Positions 7,867 to 16,120 of a DNA stretch of 34,502 nucleotides are shown here, in pieces. The position numbers were made by a program, and so were the translations under genes. The DNA is taken from contig WJKS01000015.1 in NCBI GenBank assembly GCA_014728985.1, positions 1 through 34,502 of the forward strand, given 5' to 3'. This DNA is from Candidatus Aenigmatarchaeota archaeon. Lineage in GTDB: Archaea; Aenigmatarchaeota; Aenigmatarchaeia; CG10238-14. Numbering within the stretch: the stretch's first letter is position 1; each line of letters starts with the position of its first letter. The notes below the pieces were generated by a model that saw only the letters and a program-made list of their open reading frames with translations, did not search any database and was not told the DNA's origin.

Positions 7867-8289
7867 ATGGTTCGAATTTCAAACTTAAAGATATTAAATA
7901 TTCTTCAGGATAACTCAAGAACACCTTTTATTGAAATCGCAAAAAGGTTAGGAGTTACAGATACAGCTATTAGAAAAAGGATTAATAAAATGGAGAAATT
8001 AGGGATTATAAGAAAATATACAGTAGAAGTTGACCCCAAGAAGATAGGATACCCGGTAGATGCTCTTATAGGTATAGACACAGAGCCAGAGTATTATATT
8101 TCTATGATTGAACGACTGAAAGATATGAAAATAATAAGGAAACTGTTCTCTTCGAGCGGAGACCATATGATTATGATGGAATGCTGGTTTAAAGCATCCC
8201 AGGAACTCAGAGATTTCGTGAAAAAATTAGAATCTATCCAGGGAGTCACTCGAGTTTGTCCCGCGATAATACTTGAAAGGATTAAATAA
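7867..8289 (+). CDS. Lrp/AsnC-family transcriptional regulator
   Basis: HTH_AsnC N-terminus (LKILNILQDNSRTPFIEIAKRLGVTDTAIRKRINKMEKLGIIRKY) plus a RAM/AsnC C-terminal domain. The ORF-track start at 7735 overlaps the peroxiredoxin gene and is rejected. Confidence 0.88.
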   Translation: MVRISNLKILNILQDNSRTPFIEIAKRLGVTDTAIRKRINKMEKLGIIRKYTVEVDPKKIGYPVDALIGIDTEPEYYISMIERLKDMKIIRKLFSSSGDHMIMMECWFKASQELRDFVKKLESIQGVTRVCPAIILERIK

Positions 8290-8322
8290 CGTAATACTAT
8301 ATTTTAAATTAGAGGTGGGTTT

Positions 8323-8628
8323 GTGGGATTGGTTAAAGAATTTATGGATTTTCTCAAAGAGTACAATACAATATCATTAGCAATAGCTTTCATAATAGGT
8401 GCTGCGTTAACAACCCTGGTACAATCGTTGGTTAATGATGTAGTAATGCCTTTTGTAACGCCACTGATTCCAGGAGGAGAATGGCAGGAAGCAACATTGG
8501 CTTTAGGTCCGATTATGATTAAATGGGGATCATTTCTGAGCTCTTTGATAAATTTTGTAATAATAGCTTTTGTGGTATTTGTGATTGCGAAAAAAGTATT
8601 AAAGGAAGAGAAAGTTAAGAAGAAATAG
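8323..8628 (+). CDS. mscL: Large-conductance mechanosensitive channel MscL
   Basis: KEFMDFLKEYNTISLAIAFIIGAALTTLVQSLVNDVVMPFV is the MscL TM1 signature. Second TM and a Lys-rich C-terminal helix present. GTG start preceded by GAGGTG. Confidence 0.88.
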   Translation: MGLVKEFMDFLKEYNTISLAIAFIIGAALTTLVQSLVNDVVMPFVTPLIPGGEWQEATLALGPIMIKWGSFLSSLINFVIIAFVVFVIAKKVLKEEKVKKK

Positions 8629-8767
8629 GTTAAAATCGGAATTTAACAAAGTCGCCGAAGACGATTTGGAAGAATGAGGATTGATTCTGGTGAACTATGA
8701 ATGAGCCTTCAAATTCCCGTTATGCTCATTGACCATAAGAAGTGTGGTCAAATTATGTCCACAGAGT

Positions 8768-9082
8768 TCAGGAGTCTTTCCTAATTGCAGTACAAGAATT
8801 GTTAATACATTTTGGAACAGATGGATAACAGTACAAATCACAATATGGCTGTTCAGATTTATACTCACAATTAAGAGGCTGAACAAAATTCTTATTTATT
8901 GCGATAGGACAATCACAATTATTACAAGATATGCTTTGCATAACACAATCTACATCAGCATCGCAATAAAATGCCTCTGGGTTGTCGTTAATATTTGGAA
9001 TTTTCACAGGTTCAACGCTATTTTCTGTGAAACCGACTAATAAGACAACAAATATAATTAAAAGCAAAAGTATGTATTTCAC
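8768..9082 (-). CDS. Small Cys-rich secreted protein, paralog of 3972..4265
   Basis: Signal/anchor peptide MKYILLLLIIFVVLLVGF. 10 Cys. Motifs FYCDADVDCV and CINNSCTAI match FYCESDNDCV and CENNVCKTI in the other protein. Confidence 0.65.
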   Translation of the reverse strand: MKYILLLLIIFVVLLVGFTENSVEPVKIPNINDNPEAFYCDADVDCVMQSISCNNCDCPIAINKNFVQPLNCEYKSEQPYCDLYCYPSVPKCINNSCTAIRKDS

Positions 9083-9274
9083 ATTCTAATTAATTATATT
9101 AGTGGCATTTAAATCTTTTTGTCAGTGAAAGATTCCTGAATATAACGACTATTTAATGAACTTCTACTAAATAGAAAATCAGCTTAGAAGTCATTTTAAA
9201 AGTCGTTAGATTGAATCAAAGGAATTGGTATTTCACCAAAAAATATTTAAATGAAATGAAACCAAAACTATGGT

Positions 9275-10089
9275 ATGAATGTTCCTGATAAATTGGAAAC
9301 CCTCTATATGGAGATGAGAATCAGGAATTATTCTAGTAAAACTATAAAAAGCTACATAAAAAACAATCAAAAATTCCTTGAATTCATTCAAAAACCATCA
9401 ACTAAAGTTAATTCCAGCGACATCAAAAAATACATAAAACATCTAATAGACGAAGGAAAAAGCCCATCAAATATAAGACAGGTGATAGCTTCTCTCAGAT
9501 TCTATCACTCAGAAGTTCTTCATAGAAAATTCTTCAAAAATATCAAAAATCCAAAAATATCCAGAAAATTACCCATAGTTCTAAGTAAAAAAAGAAGTAA
9601 AAAGAATGATAGAAGTTACAGGCAATTCAAAACACAGACTAATAATCCAAATTATTTATGGGTGTGGTTTAAGGCTTTCAGAGGTAGTTAACTTGAAAAT
9701 ATCAGATAGATGTTGATAGAAGAATGTTAACAGTAAGGTCAGGTAAAGGAAAGAAAGATAGGCAAATACCGATTCCAAAATCACTAATAAATATCTTAAA
9801 ATGTTCATTTTCAAGGAGAAAGTATCTGTTCGAGGGGAGGAAAGGACATCTTTCTCAGAGATCTGTATACAAGATAGTAAAAAAAGCAGCAAAAAAAGCA
9901 AGAATAAGAAAAAATGTTTCTCCTCATACTCTTAGACATAGCTTTGCAACCCATTTATTAGAGTCAGTGACTAATCTAAGATATATCCAAAAACTCCTCG
10001 GACATTCAAAACTTCAAACAACACAAATCTATACAAAAGTATCTAAGTCTTCACTTGAAAAAATAAAGAGCCCACTAGATAGTTTATAG
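9275..10089 (+). pseudogene. XerA/XerC-like tyrosine recombinase interrupted by two +1 frameshifts
   Basis: N-terminal SAM-like domain in frame 1 (9275..~9590). KEVKRMIEVTGNSKHRLIIQIIYGCGLRLSEVVNLK is readable in frame 2. The catalytic part (HTLRHSFATHLL...LLGHSKLQTTQIYT) is in frame 3. Shifts sit at A-runs 9587..9593 and 9696..9699. Summed length is about 271 aa. Confidence 0.8.
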
Positions 10090-10101
10090 GAGATGGTTTA
10101 A

Positions 10102-10848
10102 TTGGTTCTCAAAAGAAAAAAATCAGAAGACTATTCAAGAGATTTCAAGACAATTAGCGGCGTTTTTGACGAAAAGACCAGGCTCAGTCTTTACAAGTTG
10201 TTAAATAAGAAGAAAATCCAAATCCAATCGTTGGTCAAAGAGGGAAAAGAAAGTATTGTATTCTCAGGTTTAACAGAAGATGAAAAAGAAGTTGCGATCA
10301 AGGTATATAGAACCAGAACAATGGACTTCAAGACCATTTCAAAGTATTTACTTGGTGATCCCAGATTCCAGAAAGTTTCAAGGTCAAGGAGAAACTTCAT
10401 TTACATTTGGTGTAGAAGAGAATTCAAGAATCTTCAGATAGCATCAAGAAATGATGTAAATTGTCCTAAACCAATAGATTGTTCAGAGAACTCATTAATT
10501 ATGGATTTCATTGGGAAGGATGGTACCCCGTCGCCTAGAATAATTGATGTTAAATTAGATCAACCACAAAAAACATACGATTTGATTATAAATGAAATAA
10601 AAAAATTAAGTAAAGCGAAGTTAATACATGGGGATCTTAGTGTCTATAACATACTTTTTGACGGTTTGCCAATACTAATAGATTTCAGCCATACAACAAC
10701 ACCAAAAAACCCTATAGCCCCGCAATTGCTAAGAAGGGACGTTGAAAATATAAATTCTTACTTTACTAAATTAAATATTCGCGTGATTGATTCAGAAAAA
10801 CTCTATAAAGACCTTATTAAGCTTTTAGGGATAAAAGAAGATGATTGA
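10102..10848 (+). CDS. rio1: RIO-type serine/threonine protein kinase (Rio1-like)
   Basis: RIO1 layout: VFDEKTRLSLYKLL, GKESIVFSG nucleotide loop, LIHGDLSVYNILF catalytic loop, IDFSH metal-binding loop. No N-terminal wHTH, so not Rio2. Confidence 0.88.
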   Translation: MVLKRKKSEDYSRDFKTISGVFDEKTRLSLYKLLNKKKIQIQSLVKEGKESIVFSGLTEDEKEVAIKVYRTRTMDFKTISKYLLGDPRFQKVSRSRRNFIYIWCRREFKNLQIASRNDVNCPKPIDCSENSLIMDFIGKDGTPSPRIIDVKLDQPQKTYDLIINEIKKLSKAKLIHGDLSVYNILFDGLPILIDFSHTTTPKNPIAPQLLRRDVENINSYFTKLNIRVIDSEKLYKDLIKLLGIKEDD

Positions 10849-11344
10849 TTTTATTAAAATTCCAAATAAGATGAAAAAAGTCCTTTTCAGAGATGATAAA
10901 GGCAGAAAAAATATAGAAAAATTAACGAATACAGAAATCAGTATAGAAGAGGACGTTAAAATTGAAGGAGAAAGCTTCAACGTTTATCAGGCAAAGCATG
11001 TCTTAAAAGCATTTGGAAGAGGATTTCTAATAAAAGACGCCTTGTCTTTGTTAGATGACGATTATGGTCTGGAAATAATAGACTTATCAAAATTTATGAA
11101 TTCAAGAAATAGGATAAAAGTGGTGAAGGGTAGAATAATTGGTAAAGGCGGGAAAACCAAAGAATTAATAGAGAAATATACTCAGGTAAAACTCTCCATA
11201 CTAGGTAAAACTGTGAGCATTTTAGGTAAATGGAAAAATGTAGATTTGGGAAAAGAGGCCGTGATGATGGTAATAGACGGGTCTAGTCATACAAAATTAT
11301 ATAAGTGGTTAGAACAACAATATTCGGTTGTGAGAAAATGGTAG
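10841..11344 (+). CDS. KH-domain RNA-binding protein (Dim2/Pno1-like)
   Basis: Two KH-like modules, including a GKGGKTKELIE GXXG loop. Start overlaps the rio1 stop (ATGATTGA). Confidence 0.8.
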   Translation: MIDFIKIPNKMKKVLFRDDKGRKNIEKLTNTEISIEEDVKIEGESFNVYQAKHVLKAFGRGFLIKDALSLLDDDYGLEIIDLSKFMNSRNRIKVVKGRIIGKGGKTKELIEKYTQVKLSILGKTVSILGKWKNVDLGKEAVMMVIDGSSHTKLYKWLEQQYSVVRKW

Positions 11345-12897
11345 TGGAAGGAAAAGACGCAGAGCAGATGGCAAAGGAACATAAGGAAATATCAATTTCT
11401 GAATTCTTTGAAAAAAACAGACATTTGTTAGGTTATGATAATCCTACTAGAGCCTTATTAACTGTAGTTAAGGAATTTGTTGATAACTCCTTAGACGCCT
11501 GTGAAGAAGCAAGAATATTACCCAGAATTTGGTTAGAGGTTAAGCCAACAACTTCAGATAGATTCAGAGTCATGGTCAAGGATAATGGTCCTGGTATGCT
11601 GGATAAAAGAATTCCCAAGACCTTGGGTAAATTACTTGTAGGCTCAAAGTTCTATAAACACATCCAGTCCCGTGGGCAACAAGGGTTAGGTACAAAAGGA
11701 GCTGTTCTTTACGCACAATTAACTACTGGAAAACCTACCACAATTATATCTTCAACTGGGAATGGAAAAACCTCTTTTTACGAGTTAATGATTGATGTTA
11801 AAAAAAATGAACCTAAAATTATTTCCCACAAATATGTAGAAGACGGGAGAAAGTGGCATGGTTTAAAATTGGAAATGGAAATTGAAGGGAGATATGTTGA
11901 TAGTAGAACTGGTGTACCTGAGTTCATTAAAGAGGTTGCTATTTCTAATCCTTTTGCTGATATAATTTTTGATGGTCCTGAAGGGAGAATGGAGTTTAAA
12001 AGAGGAACAAACGAACTCCCACCATTGCCCAAAGAAATTAAACCACATCCTTATGGTGTTGAATTAGGTATTTTCAGAAGAATGCTTCAGGATACATCTT
12101 CAAGATCAATTAAAACATTTTTTATGAACGATTTTACCAGGGTAGGATCTACTTCTGCAAATGGAATATGTGAAGTCGCTGGAATAGATCCAAAAATAAG
12201 TCCAAAGAGTGTAGATAGGGAGACTACAGAAAAGCTTTTCAAGTCTATGAAAAAAGCAAAATTACTAAGACCACCAACAGATTGTTTATCTCCGTTAGGA
12301 GAGAGTATAATGCTCTCCGGTCTGAAAAAAGAAATTGAGGGGGAATTCTTTTCCGCAGTTACAAGACCAGCTGCGGTTTATAGAGGAGAACCATTCCAGG
12401 TAGAAGCAGGGATTGCTTATGGGGGTAAATTGCCAGAGGACCAGGCCGTTGAAGTAATCCGTTTATCCAATAGGGTACCTTTAATGTATCAAAAAGGAGA
12501 TTGTGCAATTACCAAGGCGGTAGAAAAGACTAACTGGAAAAGTTATGAATTAAAACAAAGCGGAAGTAATCTACCAAGGGGACCTGCAATTGTAATGGTA
12601 CACTTTGCATCTACATGGGTTCCTTATACGTCAGAATCCAAGCAGGCTATTGCATCATATCCGATTATAATTAAAGAAATTAAATTAGCCCTTCAAGAAG
12701 CCGGTAGAAGAATGAAAAGTTATGTTATCGGTAAAAGAAAGTTTGAAATGAGACAAAAAAGGAGAAAGAAGTTTGAAAGATATATTCCTGAAGTTGCTGA
12801 GACATTGAATAAAATAACAAATGAGGACAAACAACTTATTAAGGCTAAATTACAAAAAAAGGCTAAAGAAGTTACTGGGGTGAAGATAAGTGGTTAA
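11338..12897 (+). CDS. top6B: DNA topoisomerase VI subunit B
   Basis: GHKL/Bergerat ATPase motifs: EFVDNSLDACEE, VKDNGPGM, GQQGLGTKGA. Transducer domain follows. ATG at 11338 overlaps the KH-gene stop; the ORF-track start at 11305 is rejected. Confidence 0.95.
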   Translation: MVVEGKDAEQMAKEHKEISISEFFEKNRHLLGYDNPTRALLTVVKEFVDNSLDACEEARILPRIWLEVKPTTSDRFRVMVKDNGPGMLDKRIPKTLGKLLVGSKFYKHIQSRGQQGLGTKGAVLYAQLTTGKPTTIISSTGNGKTSFYELMIDVKKNEPKIISHKYVEDGRKWHGLKLEMEIEGRYVDSRTGVPEFIKEVAISNPFADIIFDGPEGRMEFKRGTNELPPLPKEIKPHPYGVELGIFRRMLQDTSSRSIKTFFMNDFTRVGSTSANGICEVAGIDPKISPKSVDRETTEKLFKSMKKAKLLRPPTDCLSPLGESIMLSGLKKEIEGEFFSAVTRPAAVYRGEPFQVEAGIAYGGKLPEDQAVEVIRLSNRVPLMYQKGDCAITKAVEKTNWKSYELKQSGSNLPRGPAIVMVHFASTWVPYTSESKQAIASYPIIIKEIKLALQEAGRRMKSYVIGKRKFEMRQKRRKKFERYIPEVAETLNKITNEDKQLIKAKLQKKAKEVTGVKISG

Positions 12898-13978
12898 GAA
12901 ACGAGGAGAAAATACTTCCAAAAAAATATTCGAATTTGCGGAGGGTATTGTAGAACAGATCAAGGAAGAGAAAAAACCAAAGATGAAAATCCCGGTTCGT
13001 TCGTTGAGTAACGTTGAATGGAGCGAGGATAAGGGAGTACTTACCTTGGGAAATAAAAAATCAAACAGATACTTCTTCAATGTTGGGCACGCCAGAAAAT
13101 TTATGCAAACATTACTTATCGCTTCTTTTTGTAAAGATATAGTTGATGAGAATATTCATGCATCAATCAGAGATATGTACTATAATTTAAAACATAGTAT
13201 AGGAGATTCTAAAGAAAACACGTTTGAGGAACAGTCAGAATCAGATCCATTGATTGTAGACATTGAGACAGCTTTAAACCTCCTAAGAGAACAGTTACAT
13301 TTACTTGCTGACCGAAAGGGTGTTGTAGTTGGTAATGTAAAAGTCAGAGATAGGGGAGATGTTATTGATTGGTCAAAATTAGGTTCAGGGGGTTGGTCAA
13401 TTCCTTCAGTTGTGGAAGATATCGAGTTTGTTGATGTTGATGCAGACTTTGCTTTGGTAATTGAGAAAAATGCCGGATTTGAAAGGTTACATGAGGATAA
13501 GTTCTGGAGAGATTATAATTGTATTTTAATGGGGACCGGAGGACAGCCTGCAAGAGGGACAAGGAGATTAATCAGAAGACTTGCCGAAGAACATAAAATA
13601 CCAATTTACGTGTTAACAGATTCTGATTCTTATGGATGGTATATTTATTCAGTTATAAAATCGGGTTCAATGGCGTTGGCCCATGCTTCAGATAAATTAG
13701 CAACTCCTTCAGCTAAATTCATTGGATTGACAATAACAGATATAATGGAATATAAACTTGAAAAATCGATTATCCGGGCAAATGATAGAGACATTAAAAG
13801 GGCGAAAGAAATGTTAGATTACCCATGGTTCCAGGAAAAGGAGTGGAGAAGAGAGCTAAAATTGATGATAGATAAGAGGATTAAAGCAGAGATCGAGGCA
13901 TTGTCTTCAAGAGGCCTGAAATTCCTTACTGATACTTATTTACCAGAGAAATTGGATAAGAAAGAATTCCTACCATAA
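12890..13978 (+). CDS. top6A: DNA topoisomerase VI subunit A (Spo11 homolog)
   Basis: Winged-helix/5Y-CAP region with RDMYY catalytic-Tyr context. Toprim domain: ALVIEKNAGFERL, PIYVLTDSDSYGWYIY. GTG start overlaps the top6B stop. Confidence 0.95.
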   Translation: MVKKRGENTSKKIFEFAEGIVEQIKEEKKPKMKIPVRSLSNVEWSEDKGVLTLGNKKSNRYFFNVGHARKFMQTLLIASFCKDIVDENIHASIRDMYYNLKHSIGDSKENTFEEQSESDPLIVDIETALNLLREQLHLLADRKGVVVGNVKVRDRGDVIDWSKLGSGGWSIPSVVEDIEFVDVDADFALVIEKNAGFERLHEDKFWRDYNCILMGTGGQPARGTRRLIRRLAEEHKIPIYVLTDSDSYGWYIYSVIKSGSMALAHASDKLATPSAKFIGLTITDIMEYKLEKSIIRANDRDIKRAKEMLDYPWFQEKEWRRELKLMIDKRIKAEIEALSSRGLKFLTDTYLPEKLDKKEFLP

Positions 13979-14011
13979 ATTTTAACCTACAATAAATCTA
14001 AATTTAATTCT

Positions 14012-14812
14012 ATGAATAAAGTCTCAATCAAAGATTTCAAGAAAATACATAAACCTCGTAAAGATTCTCATAAAGGGCAAAATGGAAGATTAATGATAAT
14101 AGCCGGTTCAGAGATGTATCATGGTGCATCAATACTTCCCTTGAAAATTGCTTCAAGAATAGTTGATCTGGTCTATTTTTCTTCCGTTCCTATTAACAAT
14201 GAATTGGTTAAGATGATGAAGGTAGATTTAACCGATTTTATAGCGATACCCAGAAGGAAAATAAAAAACTACATGAAGAAAGTGGATTGCGTTCTTATTG
14301 GACCTGGTATGGGAACAGGTTGGAGGTCTAGAAGATTAACTAAAAAATTATTGGTTAAATATCCCTACAGGAAGTTAGTACTTGATGCTGATTCCTTGAA
14401 AATAATTAAACCAGAACTATTGAATAAAAATTGTATTGTTACTCCACATAAAAGAGAATTTGAGAAATTGTTTAAGGTGAAATCTACAGAGGATAATGTT
14501 AGAAAAATGTCTAAGAAATATGGGTGTGTAATTGTACTAAAAGGTAAAAGGGATATCATATGTTCACCAAAAGATTGTAGGGAAAATAAGACCGGTAATG
14601 AAGGTATGACCAAAGGTGGTACTGGGGACATTTTAGCCGGATTAATTTCTGCTCTTGCCTGCAAAAATGAACTATTTACAGCTGCGTGTCTTGGAACTTT
14701 TATCAATGGTCTGGCCGGTGATAAATTGGAAAAGAGAGTTTCTCATTATTATAATGCTTTTGACCTCGCCGAAGAGATACCTAAGACTATGAAGTGGTTA
14801 GAGGATCAATGA
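14012..14812 (+). CDS. nnrD: ADP-dependent NAD(P)H-hydrate dehydratase (YjeF C-terminal/Nnr family)
   Basis: HKGQNGRLMIIAGS, VLIGPGMG, VLDADSL, TPHKREFEKL and GGTGDILAG motifs of the carbohydrate-kinase-like Nnr dehydratase. Confidence 0.85.
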   Translation: MNKVSIKDFKKIHKPRKDSHKGQNGRLMIIAGSEMYHGASILPLKIASRIVDLVYFSSVPINNELVKMMKVDLTDFIAIPRRKIKNYMKKVDCVLIGPGMGTGWRSRRLTKKLLVKYPYRKLVLDADSLKIIKPELLNKNCIVTPHKREFEKLFKVKSTEDNVRKMSKKYGCVIVLKGKRDIICSPKDCRENKTGNEGMTKGGTGDILAGLISALACKNELFTAACLGTFINGLAGDKLEKRVSHYYNAFDLAEEIPKTMKWLEDQ

Positions 14813-15657
14813 TTAATTTTAACATCAAGAACAACGTGATTAACATTCGGAGCATAAGATTTGACTTCTTTAAAATTTATTAATTCCACCTTCATCCCAT
14901 ATTTGAGAGTTACATTACTTATTTCCATCATTAATTTCTTGTAGTCCTCTTCCTTTCCTAGGGTAGAATGATAGTGAATAACCCCTCCATTCTTAATTAT
15001 TTTCATTGCAGAATCAAGGTAATCCTTAGGTGTTGGTAATAGACCCATTAATATTCTGTCGGCTATTCTCCCCATCTCACTCAAACTTTCGCATTCTTTC
15101 CTACAGTCTCCGAACATAGGGACAATTTTATCAGTGACTTGGTTCAGCTTAATATTCTCCCATAGATAATGATAGGATTCTGGGTTAAGTTCTATTGAAT
15201 AAATTTTCTTTACTTCTGAGAATTTTGCAATCCCTAATGAAAAATAACCTATACCCGCGAACATATCAACAATAGTTTCACCTTCTGAAACCTGATCGAT
15301 TAGTCTCTTTCTTTCTGTTAGATTACCTTTTGAGAACATTACTTTCGCTACATCTAGTTTATATTCAATTCCATGTTCTTTATGAATAGTTTCCGTGTTT
15401 TTTTTACCGGCTATTACCTTGACATTAGGTTCTCTAAGCTTTCCTGTTATAAAATCTGTTCTCTTACATACTGTTCTGGTATTAGGTATATTTTCTAGTA
15501 TTACTTTACCTATTTTTTTGTCATATTTCCAAAGAGGTTTTTTTATGTTGATTATTACTATATCTCCTATCTTATGGTAACTAGATGGGAGTAAGGATCG
15601 TTCATTTTTTGGTAATTTTAATTTTTCGTTAAGTAGTTTTTTGATTGGCTCTACCAT
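14806..15657 (-). CDS. Trm5/TYW2-family SAM-dependent tRNA-modifying enzyme, probably Taw2
   Basis: ETIHKEHGIEYKLDVAKVMFSKGNLTERKR, SAM motif VDMFAGIGYFSL, NPESYHYLWENIKLN, SYAPNVNHVVLDV. At 283 aa it lacks a Trm5 D1 domain, which favours Taw2 over Trm5. Confidence 0.8.
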   Translation of the reverse strand: MVEPIKKLLNEKLKLPKNERSLLPSSYHKIGDIVIINIKKPLWKYDKKIGKVILENIPNTRTVCKRTDFITGKLREPNVKVIAGKKNTETIHKEHGIEYKLDVAKVMFSKGNLTERKRLIDQVSEGETIVDMFAGIGYFSLGIAKFSEVKKIYSIELNPESYHYLWENIKLNQVTDKIVPMFGDCRKECESLSEMGRIADRILMGLLPTPKDYLDSAMKIIKNGGVIHYHSTLGKEEDYKKLMMEISNVTLKYGMKVELINFKEVKSYAPNVNHVVLDVKINH

Positions 15658-15697
15658 GATTTAGTGTTGTTGGTTAGGATTTAAATAGTATTTTGTC

Positions 15698-16039
15698 CTA
15701 AACCTCTTGATCCTCATTCTGTCTTCTCCCATGTCTAATGTGAGCGGCTGTACAACTTGGGAAAATATCTGTATATGGTAGCGATTCCTCTGTAAATGAC
15801 CCGATTGCTCCTGGTAAATCATTGTATGCAAGCCATATCCATGCACCCTGTGCAGCTCCGTATAAAGGATCAAATGGTCCCATTTCTATTAATCCAATTC
15901 CATCCAGAACCGCACTTACTGTAAGTTTTCTCCTATCTGGAATTCCATACATTTCCTCCTGGAACCCCGCGGCTCTGTCCCTGATCCTTCTTATACCTTC
16001 AACTACTCTTTCCCCATACCCTCTTATTCTATCTATCAT
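15698..16039 (-). CDS. Arg-rich orphan protein (113 aa) in a locally G+C-richer segment
   Basis: Strong SD (AGAGGTGAGG) 3-4 nt before the ATG. 12 Arg versus 1 Lys. No recognisable family. Shadow ORFs on both strands reflect a lack of stop codons in the richer-GC DNA. Confidence 0.5.
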   Translation of the reverse strand: MIDRIRGYGERVVEGIRRIRDRAAGFQEEMYGIPDRRKLTVSAVLDGIGLIEMGPFDPLYGAAQGAWIWLAYNDLPGAIGSFTEESLPYTDIFPSCTAAHIRHGRRQNEDQEV

Positions 16040-16120
16040 TTACCTCACCTCTAGTTACTAAGAAGTAGTATCCAAATTTATATATAATTGATATAAAATA
16101 TATAATAAAGGTGATTTTAT

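Noticed and set aside
8695-9040. ORFs 8729..9040 (+) and 8695..8886 (-) overlapping the Cys-rich gene
   Set aside because: Only the minus-strand 8768..9082 frame has a signal peptide and motif-level paralogy to 3972..4265. The others have no supporting features.
15661-16061. GC-rich patch as a structured RNA gene (RNase P or SRP RNA)
   Set aside because: No conserved RNase P (GAAAGTCC-type P4) or SRP domain-IV motifs were seen by eye. A strong SD plus a clean 113-codon frame favours a protein gene. This stays open pending an Rfam scan.
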